Below, piece by piece: positions 38,990 to 48,290 of a stretch of DNA of 64,000 nt. A program made the position numbers and the translations under genes. Source of the DNA: Spirochaetota bacterium (GTDB taxonomy: Bacteria > Spirochaetota > UBA4802 > UBA5550); assembly GCA_963663865.1 (NCBI GenBank), contig OY760686.1, positions 1,280,001-1,344,000 of the forward strand, given 5' to 3'. Under the pieces are notes generated by a model. The model was given only the letters and a program-made list of their open reading frames with translations. It made no database searches and was not told where the DNA came from. Each line of letters begins with the position of its first letter. Positions within the stretch are counted from its first letter, which is position 1.

Positions 38990-39859
38990 CTATTGCTGTT
39001 TTTTTCGGGATTCACAGAACTCTGATACCGCTTTCCCGATAGAGTTGAACGCGTCAGATGTTGCTGAACCGCTGTATTTTTTTACGTAAGGTGTTCCGTC
39101 ATCGCATGAAGTTCCTATTGCCGGGTCTATCGGAACAGAACCCAGAAATGATATCTCATATTTCTCCGCAAGCTTTTTGCCTCCGCCGCTGCTGAAGATG
39201 TCAGTGACCTTGCCGCAGTGAGGGCAGGCGAAGCCGCTCATGTTCTCAACTATTCCGATGACAGGAAGAGCGAGCTGATTGCAGAAGTTTATCGATTTGC
39301 TTACGTCAATCGCCGATACGCCCTGAGGGGTTGTGACAAGAACCGCTCCGTCAGGACGGTCAAGCAGCTGTATGGCCGAAAGCGGCTCGTCGCCTGTTCC
39401 GGGAGGACAGTCAACTATCAGGTAGTCGAGTTCTCCCCAGGCGACATCCTTGATAAACTGCTTAATCAGGTTGCCCTTCATGGGACCCCGCCATATCACC
39501 GGGGAATCGCTTTTATCGAGAAGGAATCCAATCGAAATGACCTTCAGGTTTTCGATCCCTTCAGGAGCTATGGGAATAATATTCTTTCCATCTGACAGGA
39601 CTTCACGTCCTGTCAGCGATAGCATTGTGGGAATGCTCGGGCCGTGAATGTCGACGTCGAGAAGCCCGGTTCTATGCCCGCTCATGGACAGAGAAACGGC
39701 AAGGTTAAGCGCGGTGGTGCTTTTGCCGACGCCGCCCTTGCCCGACATGACGATAATCTTATTTTTGATCTGCGACAGCCTTGCAGCCAGCTCAGCGGCG
39801 TCATTATCCGGAGCCTGTTTTACTCCCGGTTGTTTACTTTGTGACATAGCTTTGTCCAT
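38990..39859 (-). CDS. Mrp/NBP35 (ApbC) Fe-S carrier ATPase
   Basis: SGKGGVGKST, DVDIHGPS, WRGP, DCPPGTGD, ENMS..CPHC. Confidence 0.92.
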   Translation of the reverse strand: MDKAMSQSKQPGVKQAPDNDAAELAARLSQIKNKIIVMSGKGGVGKSTTALNLAVSLSMSGHRTGLLDVDIHGPSIPTMLSLTGREVLSDGKNIIPIAPEGIENLKVISIGFLLDKSDSPVIWRGPMKGNLIKQFIKDVAWGELDYLIVDCPPGTGDEPLSAIQLLDRPDGAVLVTTPQGVSAIDVSKSINFCNQLALPVIGIVENMSGFACPHCGKVTDIFSSGGGKKLAEKYEISFLGSVPIDPAIGTSCDDGTPYVKKYSGSATSDAFNSIGKAVSEFCESRKKQQ

Positions 39860-40701
39860 ACCTCTTTAATATCTTTGTGTAGTTCTGATTCGGTGTACTC
39901 TGTAACAGCCTTTTCTGATATCATTGCTTTTGTAAAGTCAGGGCTGTACGGTATTTTTCCTGTGAAAACATCTGAGTATTCTGACATTATGGCGCTGCTG
40001 ATTTCAGGATTGATGTCCCACTTGTTGATGCAGACATAGCACGGAATTCTGAAGTGCTTTGTCAGTTCCACAACCCGATCCAGGTCGTGGCGGCCGGAAA
40101 TTGTAGGCTCGGCAACCACGAGCACAGCGTCCGCGTTTGTAATGGAAGCTATGACAGGGCAACCCGTGCCGGGGCTCCCGTCAACAATTATCCAGTCCGC
40201 GCTTTGCTCTCTGGCTGCCATTGCCGCGGCACGGCGAACCTCTGTGACGAGCTTGCCCGAGTTTTCCGCGCCGGGATGCAGTCTCGCGTGAACGAGTGTG
40301 CCGAAGCGGGTATCTGATATGTACTGTTCTCCGCAGTCCCTTTCAGGAAAGTCAATCGCATCTGCTGGGCAGAAATGCACACAAACGCCGCAGCCTTCAC
40401 AGCCCGGATCCTTGACGCTGTATTTACCGTCATCGGAAACCGATATCGCATCGAATCGGCAGAGGTTTGCGCATCTGCCGCACTGGACGCATTTATCCCG
40501 GTCGATTACGGCTATGTTCCCGCTTATAAAGGGCTTTGTTTCTATATATAGGGGTTTAAGTATCAGGTGCATGTCGGCGGCATCAACATCGCAGTCTGCC
40601 ATCACGGCTTTGCCTTCCATGGAAGCGAGATGGGCGAATGATGCCGACATGCTCGTCTTTCCGGTGCCGCCCTTTCCGCTGATTAGTACTATTTCTTTCA
40701 C
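39820..40701 (-). CDS. MinD-like P-loop ATPase with inserted 2x[4Fe-4S] ferredoxin domain
   Basis: SGKGGTGKT, DCDVD, CVQCGRC..C, CEGCGVC..C, NSGKLV, GCPV. Confidence 0.9.
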   Translation of the reverse strand: MKEIVLISGKGGTGKTSMSASFAHLASMEGKAVMADCDVDAADMHLILKPLYIETKPFISGNIAVIDRDKCVQCGRCANLCRFDAISVSDDGKYSVKDPGCEGCGVCVHFCPADAIDFPERDCGEQYISDTRFGTLVHARLHPGAENSGKLVTEVRRAAAMAAREQSADWIIVDGSPGTGCPVIASITNADAVLVVAEPTISGRHDLDRVVELTKHFRIPCYVCINKWDINPEISSAIMSEYSDVFTGKIPYSPDFTKAMISEKAVTEYTESELHKDIKEVWTKLCHKVNNRE

Positions 40702-41546
40702 CGGGCAGCCTCCTGAACTTCGCGTCTGATTGATTTAAAAAGTCCTTCTATCATTACTCTGTATTTGCTGTTGACATCAGTAAGTATTATCCCGCGGGAG
40801 TAGGCCTCCGCTACAGCTCTGTCTTCAGGAACCTCAAGAAGCAGGGGAATTATTTCTGATGCACAGTATTCGCGTACGCTTTCATCCCCCGAATCGGATC
40901 TGTTTATAACAACTCCGAAGGGAATGCAGAGCTTTCGCACGGTTTCGACGGCTAACTTCAGGTCATTGAGTCCGAAGGGTGTCGGTTCTGTCACGAGAAC
41001 GATGTAATCCGCATTTTCAACCGAGGTTACCATGGGACATGAAGTCCCCGGAGGCGAATCGATAATAACCGTTTCCGCGTCGGAGGCCATTCGTTTAAGC
41101 TCCCTTATCAGAGGAGGGGACATGGCTTTGCCAATGTCCAGAAGACCGCTCATAAGTCTCACTTTGCCGTGTACCGAAACTGTTATTTCGCCTGTCTTTG
41201 AAGGCTCTTCCGTGATAGCCTTTTCCGGGCAAACGAGCGTACAGCCTCCGCATGAATGGCATAGCTCCGGGAAAACCGAGGCCTTTCCCTTGATTATTAC
41301 TATGGCATTAAAGCGGCAGATATCCCTGCACTTGCCACATCCTGTGCAGCTGTCGGTATTTATCACCGGCACATCGACATGGAAATCTTCAGTGCTCACC
41401 GGCTCATTTCCAAAAAACAGGGCGGCATTAGGCTCTTCCACATCGCAATCGAGAAGGGTGACCGGGCCTGACGAGGCCTTTGCCAGTGAAGCTGAAATGG
41501 TCGTTTTCCCGGTGCCGCCCTTGCCTGAAGCTATAGCGATAATCAC
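40698..41546 (-). CDS. MinD-like P-loop ATPase with inserted 2x[4Fe-4S] ferredoxin domain (paralogue)
   Basis: SGKGGTGKT, DCDVEEPN, CTGCGKC..C, CHSCGGC..C, PPGTSCP, EPTPFG. Confidence 0.9.
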   Translation of the reverse strand: MIIAIASGKGGTGKTTISASLAKASSGPVTLLDCDVEEPNAALFFGNEPVSTEDFHVDVPVINTDSCTGCGKCRDICRFNAIVIIKGKASVFPELCHSCGGCTLVCPEKAITEEPSKTGEITVSVHGKVRLMSGLLDIGKAMSPPLIRELKRMASDAETVIIDSPPGTSCPMVTSVENADYIVLVTEPTPFGLNDLKLAVETVRKLCIPFGVVINRSDSGDESVREYCASEIIPLLLEVPEDRAVAEAYSRGIILTDVNSKYRVMIEGLFKSIRREVQEAAR

Positions 41547-41902
41547 CAGTGCCCCTCCACGTCGGCGTTGTCGACTGTCTTGAGCTCTCCGTTCTTCAGA
41601 GCGGCTATGGCCTCCCTTACAGAACCGCTTTCTCTCAGGTATATTTTAATGCCTGCCTGGCTGAGTGTGCGGAAGGCCTTGGGGCCGACATGGCCTGTTA
41701 TTACCGCCTCCGCTCCGGAATCGGCGACATTCTGAGCTGACTGAATCCCGGCGCCCTGTGCGGCGTTGAGGTTCTGAATATTGTCGATAACGCTGAAATC
41801 GTTGTTTTCAGTATCAGCGATGATGAATCCCGGGGCACGGCCGAAGCGGCTGTCAACCTGCGCGTCCATGTCCTTCCCTGATGTTGTAATTGCTATTTTC
41901 AT
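41543..41902 (-). CDS. Orange-protein-like NifB/NifX-family protein
   Basis: DSRFGRA, GAGIQSAQ, TGHVGPKAF, C-terminal GHW. Confidence 0.88.
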   Translation of the reverse strand: MKIAITTSGKDMDAQVDSRFGRAPGFIIADTENNDFSVIDNIQNLNAAQGAGIQSAQNVADSGAEAVITGHVGPKAFRTLSQAGIKIYLRESGSVREAIAALKNGELKTVDNADVEGHW

Positions 41903-41925
41903 GTTTCCTCTTTAAGAATGAAGTT

Positions 41926-42282
41926 CTAAGCCGCTGAGATGATTCCACCTGTTTGTATGTATTCTTCCACAATTTTCGCTGATATCTCAACGCATTCCCG
42001 GCAGGTAATTGAGCCTGATTTTTGAATGTCGCTGCAGCGTGTCATTCCTCCGGTTAAGGATTTGAACTTTTTAACGATACCTTTTTCAAGATCAGCTCCA
42101 CACAGCCTGATGGCCGCGTAAAGAGCGCCGCACATGCCGCAGGGCGCCTGTCCGGTACCGAACCTTTCGAACTGCTTAATCATCGAAGCACTTATTCCGC
42201 AGTACTTTTCGGCTGAGTAGCACACGGCCTGGGCCGAGTTGCCCCGGCCGCGAGTGTAGTAGCCTGAAGCCGTGATTTTCAT
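41926..42282 (-). CDS. C-GCAxxG-C-C-family paralogue with first Cys replaced by Ser
   Basis: NSAQAV, MCGALYAA, RCSDI, CRECV; similar to 34024-34377. Confidence 0.72.
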   Translation of the reverse strand: MKITASGYYTRGRGNSAQAVCYSAEKYCGISASMIKQFERFGTGQAPCGMCGALYAAIRLCGADLEKGIVKKFKSLTGGMTRCSDIQKSGSITCRECVEISAKIVEEYIQTGGIISAA

Positions 42283-42608
42283 TTCCCGCTCTCAAGCTCG
42301 TTGAGTCTTTTTTCCATGCGTTCTACTTCTCCGCGCAGAAAGTTGAGGTTTTCTTCAAGCATGTTTTTTTCACCCTCAGGTCCAGCGCCTGAATAGTCCG
42401 CCCCGTATCGGGCGTCTGCCTGAAAAGGGTAGCCGAAACCCCTTCTAAAGCCGAACCAGCCGCCTCCGCCTCCGCGTCTGAAAAAGCCCCGTCCGAAACC
42501 GCAGCCTCTGTTGTAATTTCCGGGGGCATTGTTTCCAGTACATAAACCTGCTCCCCGTCCTGTCATTGGTCCGAATCCCTGCGGACCTGTTCTGTCACCA
42601 AATGGCAT
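42279..42608 (-). CDS. DUF5320-like Gly/Arg-rich protein
   Basis: MPFGDRTGP.G.GPMTGRG.G.C, GR-rich middle, coiled-coil end. Confidence 0.8.
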   Translation of the reverse strand: MPFGDRTGPQGFGPMTGRGAGLCTGNNAPGNYNRGCGFGRGFFRRGGGGGWFGFRRGFGYPFQADARYGADYSGAGPEGEKNMLEENLNFLRGEVERMEKRLNELESGK

Positions 42609-42626
42609 GTCGACCTCCTTTGTACA

Positions 42627-42992
42627 TCAGCGGTTACGGCATCCGCGTCTTCTGCATCGTCTTCGGCATCCCGGCATGGCGAACGATTCGTCAATCTCAC
42701 CGGATATAAATGCCCGAATTACAGCATCTGAGCAGCCGGCGATGAATGAGTGAACCTCAATGCCTTCGCCGGCAAAGGCTTCCTCTGCCCATCTTGATGC
42801 CGCTCCGCAAATTAACCTTGAAACGCCCTGACCGGAAAGCCTCTGAGCTGTTTCGTGGGGCGGAGCGCCTCCTGTTTTGAGACAGGAAACCTCTCTGTAG
42901 CCGCCGCCGTCTTTCTCGAAAATTAAAAAGGTCCCCGAGGAGTCAAGCACAGGCGCGACCCTGCCGTTCCATATTGATATTGCCGTGTACAT
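42627..42992 (-). CDS. NifB/NifX-family protein with Arg/Cys-rich tail
   Basis: RVAPVLD, LICGA, F.MPGC. Confidence 0.8.
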   Translation of the reverse strand: MYTAISIWNGRVAPVLDSSGTFLIFEKDGGGYREVSCLKTGGAPPHETAQRLSGQGVSRLICGAASRWAEEAFAGEGIEVHSFIAGCSDAVIRAFISGEIDESFAMPGCRRRCRRRGCRNR

Positions 42993-43003
42993 GCCAGTAT
43001 ATA

Positions 43004-43019
43004 AGCAAGAACTGTGCCA
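43004..43019 (-). promoter_or_regulatory. sigma54 (-24/-12) promoter of the orp-like operon
   Basis: TGGCAC-AGTTC-TTGCT, matching the consensus TGGCAC-N5-TTGC. Confidence 0.88.
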
Positions 43020-43079
43020 GCTTTAACGGCCTCTGAATGAAGCATTATTGGGTATTTCGGGGCATTTTTAAGGGCTTTG

Positions 43080-43127
43080 TGTCTCAGAAATGCGACAACA
43101 GGGCATTGGTGTCGCGCGAATGCGACT
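43080..43127. promoter_or_regulatory. Twin palindromic enhancer (bEBP) sites
   Basis: TGTCTCAGAAATGCGACA (43080-43097) and TGTCGCGCGAATGCGACT (43110-43127), 30 bp apart. Confidence 0.7.
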
Positions 43128-44469
43128 AATCTGTATTTCTGGGGGGGATATGTATACCGAGCGAGCTTATCCTCCGATATATGGTGGACCTGTCAATTCC
43201 CAGCGCCCTGGCAGCTGCATCGGCGCTGAAGCCGTTTTCAGAAAGGGCTTTCTCAATGATCAACCGCTCGGCCTCAAGCCTGGCCTCCTTAAGGGATATT
43301 TCCGGAGCGGGCTTTGTGTCCGCGGCTGAGTTTTGAATCTCGGGGGGAAGATGTTCCATTTCGATAGTCCTGCCTGTGCACAGCAGGACGGCCCTTTCAA
43401 CGGCGTTTTCGAGTTCGCGGATATTGCCGGGCCAGCTGTACGAGTTGAAGGCTTCATACACCGCTGAAGAAAATCCGTTTATGTGCCTGTTCATCGATGC
43501 CCTGAACTTGACAAGGAACCTTTCGGCAAGGGCTGGAATGTCTTCGCGCCTGTCTCTCAGGGGCGGCAGCTCAAGGGTTATGATGTTAATCCTGTAGTAA
43601 AGGTCCTGCCGGAAGCTGCCTTCGTCAACCATCTGCTTGAGGTTTCTGTTTGTGGCGCATATTATGCGGCACTGGGACTTCTCAGCCCTGGTAGCGCCCA
43701 GTGGTTCATATTCCTTTTCCTGAAGCACCCGGAGCAGCTTCACCTGAAGGCTCTGGGGCATTTCGCCTATTTCATCAAGAAAGAGAGTTCCTCCCGCGGC
43801 GATGGCGAAGCGTCCAGGTTTGTCGCGGTCGGCTCCGGTAAAGGCCCCCTTTCTGTAACCGAACAGCTCCGATTCCAGCAGGTTCTCGGGGAGAGCTCCG
43901 CAGTTGATTGGGACGAATGACGCTTTTTTTCGGGGACTGAGATCGTGAATACGGCGCGCGGTGACCTCCTTTCCAGTCCCCGTGTCACCCTGAATGAGGA
44001 TAGTGCTCGGACTGTCAGCTATCACCGGGAGCATATCCAGCAGCTTAATCATCGCCGGACTTGCGGATGTATGTTCGTGGCCGGAAGCCGCCTTCAAACC
44101 GTTTTTAAGAGTCTCTATTTCAGTCAGGTCGCGGAAGGTCTCAGCCCCGCCGATGACCTTACCGTCCTCGTCAATCAGAAGCGCGGTCGAAACGCTGATC
44201 GGAATTCTCCTGCCGCTTCCAGTGACGATGAAGCCCTGCCTGTTGATGATGGGCTTCCCGCCCTTCATGGTTTTTCTGAGGGGGCATTCGCTTTCGCACA
44301 TGTTGGATTTAAAAATCTCTGAACAGAGCGAGCCGATGGCGTCGCCCCGTCTGATGCCGGTGATTTTTTCTGCGGCACTGTTGAACGAGGTTATCCGCCA
44401 TTCGGTATCGACCGTGAAAACCCCGTCAGATATGCTCTCCAGAATGATTGATGTCAGGCGGTTTTCCAT
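43126..44469 (-). CDS. PAS-domain sigma54 activator, OrpR-like
   Basis: PAS with C-x8-C-x3-C, GDTGTGKE, ESELFG..KGAFTGA, FLDEIG, WPGNIREL, Fis-type HTH. Confidence 0.92.
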   Translation of the reverse strand: MENRLTSIILESISDGVFTVDTEWRITSFNSAAEKITGIRRGDAIGSLCSEIFKSNMCESECPLRKTMKGGKPIINRQGFIVTGSGRRIPISVSTALLIDEDGKVIGGAETFRDLTEIETLKNGLKAASGHEHTSASPAMIKLLDMLPVIADSPSTILIQGDTGTGKEVTARRIHDLSPRKKASFVPINCGALPENLLESELFGYRKGAFTGADRDKPGRFAIAAGGTLFLDEIGEMPQSLQVKLLRVLQEKEYEPLGATRAEKSQCRIICATNRNLKQMVDEGSFRQDLYYRINIITLELPPLRDRREDIPALAERFLVKFRASMNRHINGFSSAVYEAFNSYSWPGNIRELENAVERAVLLCTGRTIEMEHLPPEIQNSAADTKPAPEISLKEARLEAERLIIEKALSENGFSADAAARALGIDRSTIYRRISSLGIHIPPRNTD

Positions 44470-44543
44470 ATTATTAGATTGTATGGTGTCTGCGAATATG
44501 TCAAGAAGGAAGCGGTGTCAGGCCGGCAATACCCCGAATTGAC

Positions 44544-45392
44544 TCAATTGTCCGAAAGAATCGCGTGTGTTCCCGGCTTCAGTCCGGTGTGGTCTGCTAT
44601 GACCGGGCATTTAACCTTAAACAGGAAGCTGACCGGACGTCCGCAGTCAGAGAGGGTCTCGTAATTTCCCTGACCTTTCGCGATTACAAGATCGGTGCTA
44701 TGGAACAGTGAGATAAACTCCTCCGAACAGTCCGCGAGAATGGTTCCAGGAGCGTCCGAGCCGTTTGAGATGATGTCGGCGGCGCTGTCAATTCCAGCGG
44801 TCAGAGCGTCTTCAATGGTGGCATCATTAATTACAGGAAAACCTCTGACGGCAACAGTGACATTGCCCGGCAGAAGCTCAATAAGCGGCCCGTCAAAGAC
44901 AATCTCTCCGGCGTTGTCAGTAAGGTATAGAATACTATCAGCGTTGAGCACCTTTGCCCTGAAGCTATCAAAATCACCATGAAGCTCTGTCTCAAAGGCC
45001 CTGTTCATGGCTGTTTCGACTTCGTCCTCTGAAAGAGAGGTTTTGGCGCCGGAATCAATCACATTACCCGCTATAGCCAGTCTTACAGCGTCAAGTAGAG
45101 GATCAGCTGATTCCCGGATTACAGCTCTGAAGCGGGGGATGAGTTTCAGAGCCAGGGCGTTGAAACGGTCCTTTATCTGTTTGTAGGGGTCAGCAACTCC
45201 GCTTTCTGCCCGCAGCAGACGGTGAATATCGCGGGCCGTTTCCGGCGGTGTTGATCGGAAGTCAATATCGGCGATCAGGCGTGTGACCTTTCGGACAGCG
45301 TTTTCCCGAAGGGCTTCATCTTTGAATGAACAGGATGTTGCTTCAAGCGACTGCCTTATCAGGCAGGGTATACATTCAAGCGTAGATTTCAA
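44544..45392 (-). CDS. DUF89/ARMT1-like damage-control phosphatase
   Basis: ECIPC, DPY, AIAGNVID, DNAGEIVFD, INDAT, KGQGNYE, VKC; TTG start after GGAG. Confidence 0.88.
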   Translation of the reverse strand: MKSTLECIPCLIRQSLEATSCSFKDEALRENAVRKVTRLIADIDFRSTPPETARDIHRLLRAESGVADPYKQIKDRFNALALKLIPRFRAVIRESADPLLDAVRLAIAGNVIDSGAKTSLSEDEVETAMNRAFETELHGDFDSFRAKVLNADSILYLTDNAGEIVFDGPLIELLPGNVTVAVRGFPVINDATIEDALTAGIDSAADIISNGSDAPGTILADCSEEFISLFHSTDLVIAKGQGNYETLSDCGRPVSFLFKVKCPVIADHTGLKPGTHAILSDN

Positions 45393-45417
45393 AATTGTCT
45401 CCTTGCGCGGTATGTTG

Positions 45418-45795
45418 TTAACGGCAGTTTTCTTCGCCAAAGCGGAGAATGTATTCCGCTATGGCCCGGTGAAGAGTGGTAACGGCCAGAATGGCGCAGT
45501 GTATCTCTATGCCGGGGATGTCCAGAAGGAAGGTGAGGACATTGCCAGGTGAAATGTTAAGCGCTTCCATTATCGTCCGTCCCTCGGACATGGAGGCGGT
45601 GATTGAGCCGCATGCCTTCGATGACACGCAGCCGTCCGTAAAGAAGGTTGTCCTTGTTATCCGCTTGTTATCGATTAGCAGATACATCTCCATTGTGTCG
45701 CCGCAGACCCCTTTGACGATGGATGACGCGTCAGGGTCGTTCATGCGCATCATGTTTGAGTCTGGATTTTCAGTAGGATCAAATACATCATTCAT
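45418..45795 (-). CDS. IscU/NifU-N-like Fe-S scaffold
   Basis: G.CGDTM, TDGC..S.ACGS, HCA.LA. Confidence 0.85.
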   Translation of the reverse strand: MNDVFDPTENPDSNMMRMNDPDASSIVKGVCGDTMEMYLLIDNKRITRTTFFTDGCVSSKACGSITASMSEGRTIMEALNISPGNVLTFLLDIPGIEIHCAILAVTTLHRAIAEYILRFGEENCR

Positions 45796-46002
45796 AATAT
45801 TTTACCGTTAAGGTTATCATCCTCATAATGAAATTGAGATATCAATGATATGCTGAAAGCTATAATCATTCATTACAATGATGTACAGGCTCGTTACGAC
45901 TTTAATAATAGTCAAATGTTTTATTGACAAAACTTTGTATCGGATTGAGACCGGAAAAACCTGTAATTCTATTTGTCCGGCAAAACCCGGAGGAGGCACT
46001 AA

Positions 46003-46920
46003 ATGAAAAAGGTATTCGGCCCAGTTCCCTCAAGAAGGCTTGGACGATCACTGGGTGTCGATCTCGTTCCTTACAAGGCATGTTCTTACGATTGTGTGTA
46101 CTGTCAGCTTGGGCGGACTACTGACCTTACGGTTGTGCCGCGGGAGTGGTTTCCGGTTGAGGATGTGCTCAACGATGTCAGGGAAGCCCTATCCTCGGGG
46201 CCGGACTTTATTACGCTTTCCGGCTCCGGAGAGCCTACGCTGTATTCAAAAACCGGTGAACTCATTGAAGGTATAAAAGCCATTACAGATGTTCCGATAG
46301 CTGTTTTAACGAACAGCTCTCTGATGTGGAATAAGGCAGTGGCAGAGGGAATTATGGGAGCTGATCTGGTGGTGCCCTCGCTTGACGCTGGAAATCAGGA
46401 AACGTTTGTTGAGATCAACAGGCCTCATCCTCAAATAGAATACGGGGCCATGCTTGAGGGGCTGGTTGATTTTTCAAACCGCTATAGGGGTGAATTGTGG
46501 CTTGAGGTTTTTATCTCGGAAGGATATAACTCTTCGAATCGCGAGGTTGGAATGATCTCTGAGGTGGCAAAACGAATAAAAGCCCGAAGGATACAGCTGA
46601 ACACGGTAACAAGGCCGCCCGCTGAAGCGTCTGCCGTGCCGGTATGCCGAGTGACTATGCAGGAATATGCGGGCATATTCAGCCCTGTCGCGGAGGTGGT
46701 CGCGGATTACCGCGATGCCGCGGACGAGGGAGGGCACTCTGCCGGAAGGGATTCTGTCATGGAGCTTCTCAAAAGGCGCCCCTGCACGGTCGATGATATT
46801 ATCTCCGGGCTCGGCATACACAGGAATGAGGTTGTGAAATACGTTACAATTCTTGAGGGAGAGGGGCTTATTGAGAAGAGGCTTTCCGGAGGGCGGGGCT
46901 ACTATTCCGTGAAAGAGTAA
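46003..46920 (+). CDS. Radical SAM protein (COG0731-like) with C-terminal wHTH
   Basis: FGPVPSRRLGRSLG, CSYDCVYC, GSGEPTL, RRPCT. Confidence 0.9.
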   Translation: MKKVFGPVPSRRLGRSLGVDLVPYKACSYDCVYCQLGRTTDLTVVPREWFPVEDVLNDVREALSSGPDFITLSGSGEPTLYSKTGELIEGIKAITDVPIAVLTNSSLMWNKAVAEGIMGADLVVPSLDAGNQETFVEINRPHPQIEYGAMLEGLVDFSNRYRGELWLEVFISEGYNSSNREVGMISEVAKRIKARRIQLNTVTRPPAEASAVPVCRVTMQEYAGIFSPVAEVVADYRDAADEGGHSAGRDSVMELLKRRPCTVDDIISGLGIHRNEVVKYVTILEGEGLIEKRLSGGRGYYSVKE

Positions 46921-46944
46921 GGGGCCTGCACCCGGCCCCTTACT
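46916..46944. terminator. Hairpin between convergent genes, probable terminator
   Basis: AGTAAGGGGCC-7nt-GGCCCCTTACT. Confidence 0.55.
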
Positions 46945-46955
46945 TGAGTATGTTA

Positions 46956-48125
46956 TTATTTCTTTTCAGCAGTCAGCAGATTTGATTTTCCTGCCTTGTA
47001 GTCGTAACCGTAGCTGAAGGGCAGAACGCCTGTCGATGAATCTTTCATCTTCTTGAAAAGGTCATTCTGTTTCCTGTTAGCGAACAGAGGTATGGGAGTG
47101 TCATAGACACCGTGAACCTTCACATTCCAGCTTGATTCAGGCAGGTATCTCAGAGGCACGCCTGAGTCGTCCTGAACGATGAATCCGCTTATATCAAGAA
47201 CCGCGGCTCTGATCTTTGTGAACTTGATTTTGTCATTGTGCATCAGGTAGGACGCTGACTTGATAAATGTCATGTACGGAGCATCCTTTTTAAGATACGG
47301 TATGAAGTGCGGACTGTGTTTGTCCAGTGCAGCGTCGATAACGTTAAGCATGAAGTAGCGTACCTTTTGCAGCTTGCCGCCGTTTTTTCTGAAGGTAATC
47401 TCTACTCCGGGTATTCTCTTTGAGGAAGGCGGATTTTCCCATCGGATTTTCAGGTCAGAGTCAATTCCGTCGACCAGCTTTGAGTCTTTGTCAATCGCAA
47501 CCCTTCTTGCGTCGACTATAGTGTAATCGCATTTAGCGAGAAAGACCATGATGAGGCCGGCAATGCCGTTGAAGGAGTCGTTCCCCAGGTTCGCGGACAT
47601 CCCGATTGTTCTGAAGAAGTTGACTTTGAATATTGTGTTGAGCGACTTGCTTATCCCGTTAAGGCCTTCTCGCATTTCCTTATCGTTCTTTGAGAACGGG
47701 TCCGGAATAATGCCGGGTGATTCCAGTCCGAACATAGTGTAGGTGTCTCCGTCAGGGAAGAAGGCCAGCACATTCATTATATCGGGTCCGCTGAAAGGGT
47801 ACAATATGCTGCCCTCAGTTTTAGCCGGCGCGTGGTCGTTCCACCAGGCCTTCATTTTTTTGAGGTTGCCTTCCTGAAACCTGCTCCATCCCCTGGAAAT
47901 CTGAGCGCTGTAGGACTTGTAGTATGAGCTTTTTGTGAACGCGTATAGCTTTGATTCCTCGGGAAGAGGCTTGCCCGCGAGGAACAGCGCTGTTTCGTTT
48001 AAAGGAAGGGCGGTTTCCTGTACCGGGCTGTCGTTTCCAGGCGATGCCGCTTTGCACGAAACAGTTAGAGAGAGGCAGATAACCGCCAGCAGGTAAAATG
48101 TGTTTTTGAAAGAGTTAATCTTCAT
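46956..48125 (-). CDS. Conserved hypothetical lipoprotein
   Basis: Lipobox TVSC; LYPFSGPD, KSASYLMH, QDDSGVP and LPFSYGY look like conserved blocks. Confidence 0.75.
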   Translation of the reverse strand: MKINSFKNTFYLLAVICLSLTVSCKAASPGNDSPVQETALPLNETALFLAGKPLPEESKLYAFTKSSYYKSYSAQISRGWSRFQEGNLKKMKAWWNDHAPAKTEGSILYPFSGPDIMNVLAFFPDGDTYTMFGLESPGIIPDPFSKNDKEMREGLNGISKSLNTIFKVNFFRTIGMSANLGNDSFNGIAGLIMVFLAKCDYTIVDARRVAIDKDSKLVDGIDSDLKIRWENPPSSKRIPGVEITFRKNGGKLQKVRYFMLNVIDAALDKHSPHFIPYLKKDAPYMTFIKSASYLMHNDKIKFTKIRAAVLDISGFIVQDDSGVPLRYLPESSWNVKVHGVYDTPIPLFANRKQNDLFKKMKDSSTGVLPFSYGYDYKAGKSNLLTAEKK

Positions 48126-48290
48126 TGATAGATCCTCGTTTTCTGATTATGGTTTTTCTTAGTGTGTGAGATTATAATTTATGGAACAGGGCTTATGGGG
48201 CTGTCAAGTGGAATATTTGGGATATTTTTACTTGACGAAAGCCCTGAATGCGTGGACAAAATACTAAAAATCTTGTTCAGGAAGTCTTTA

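Noticed and set aside
34024-45795. Selenocysteine recoding in the redox proteins
   Set aside because: No in-frame TGA at Cys-equivalent positions; the ORFs are intact.
38636-45795. Nitrogen-fixation cluster
   Set aside because: NifX- and NifU-like folds are present but nifHDK/ENB are not; the gene set matches orp clusters.
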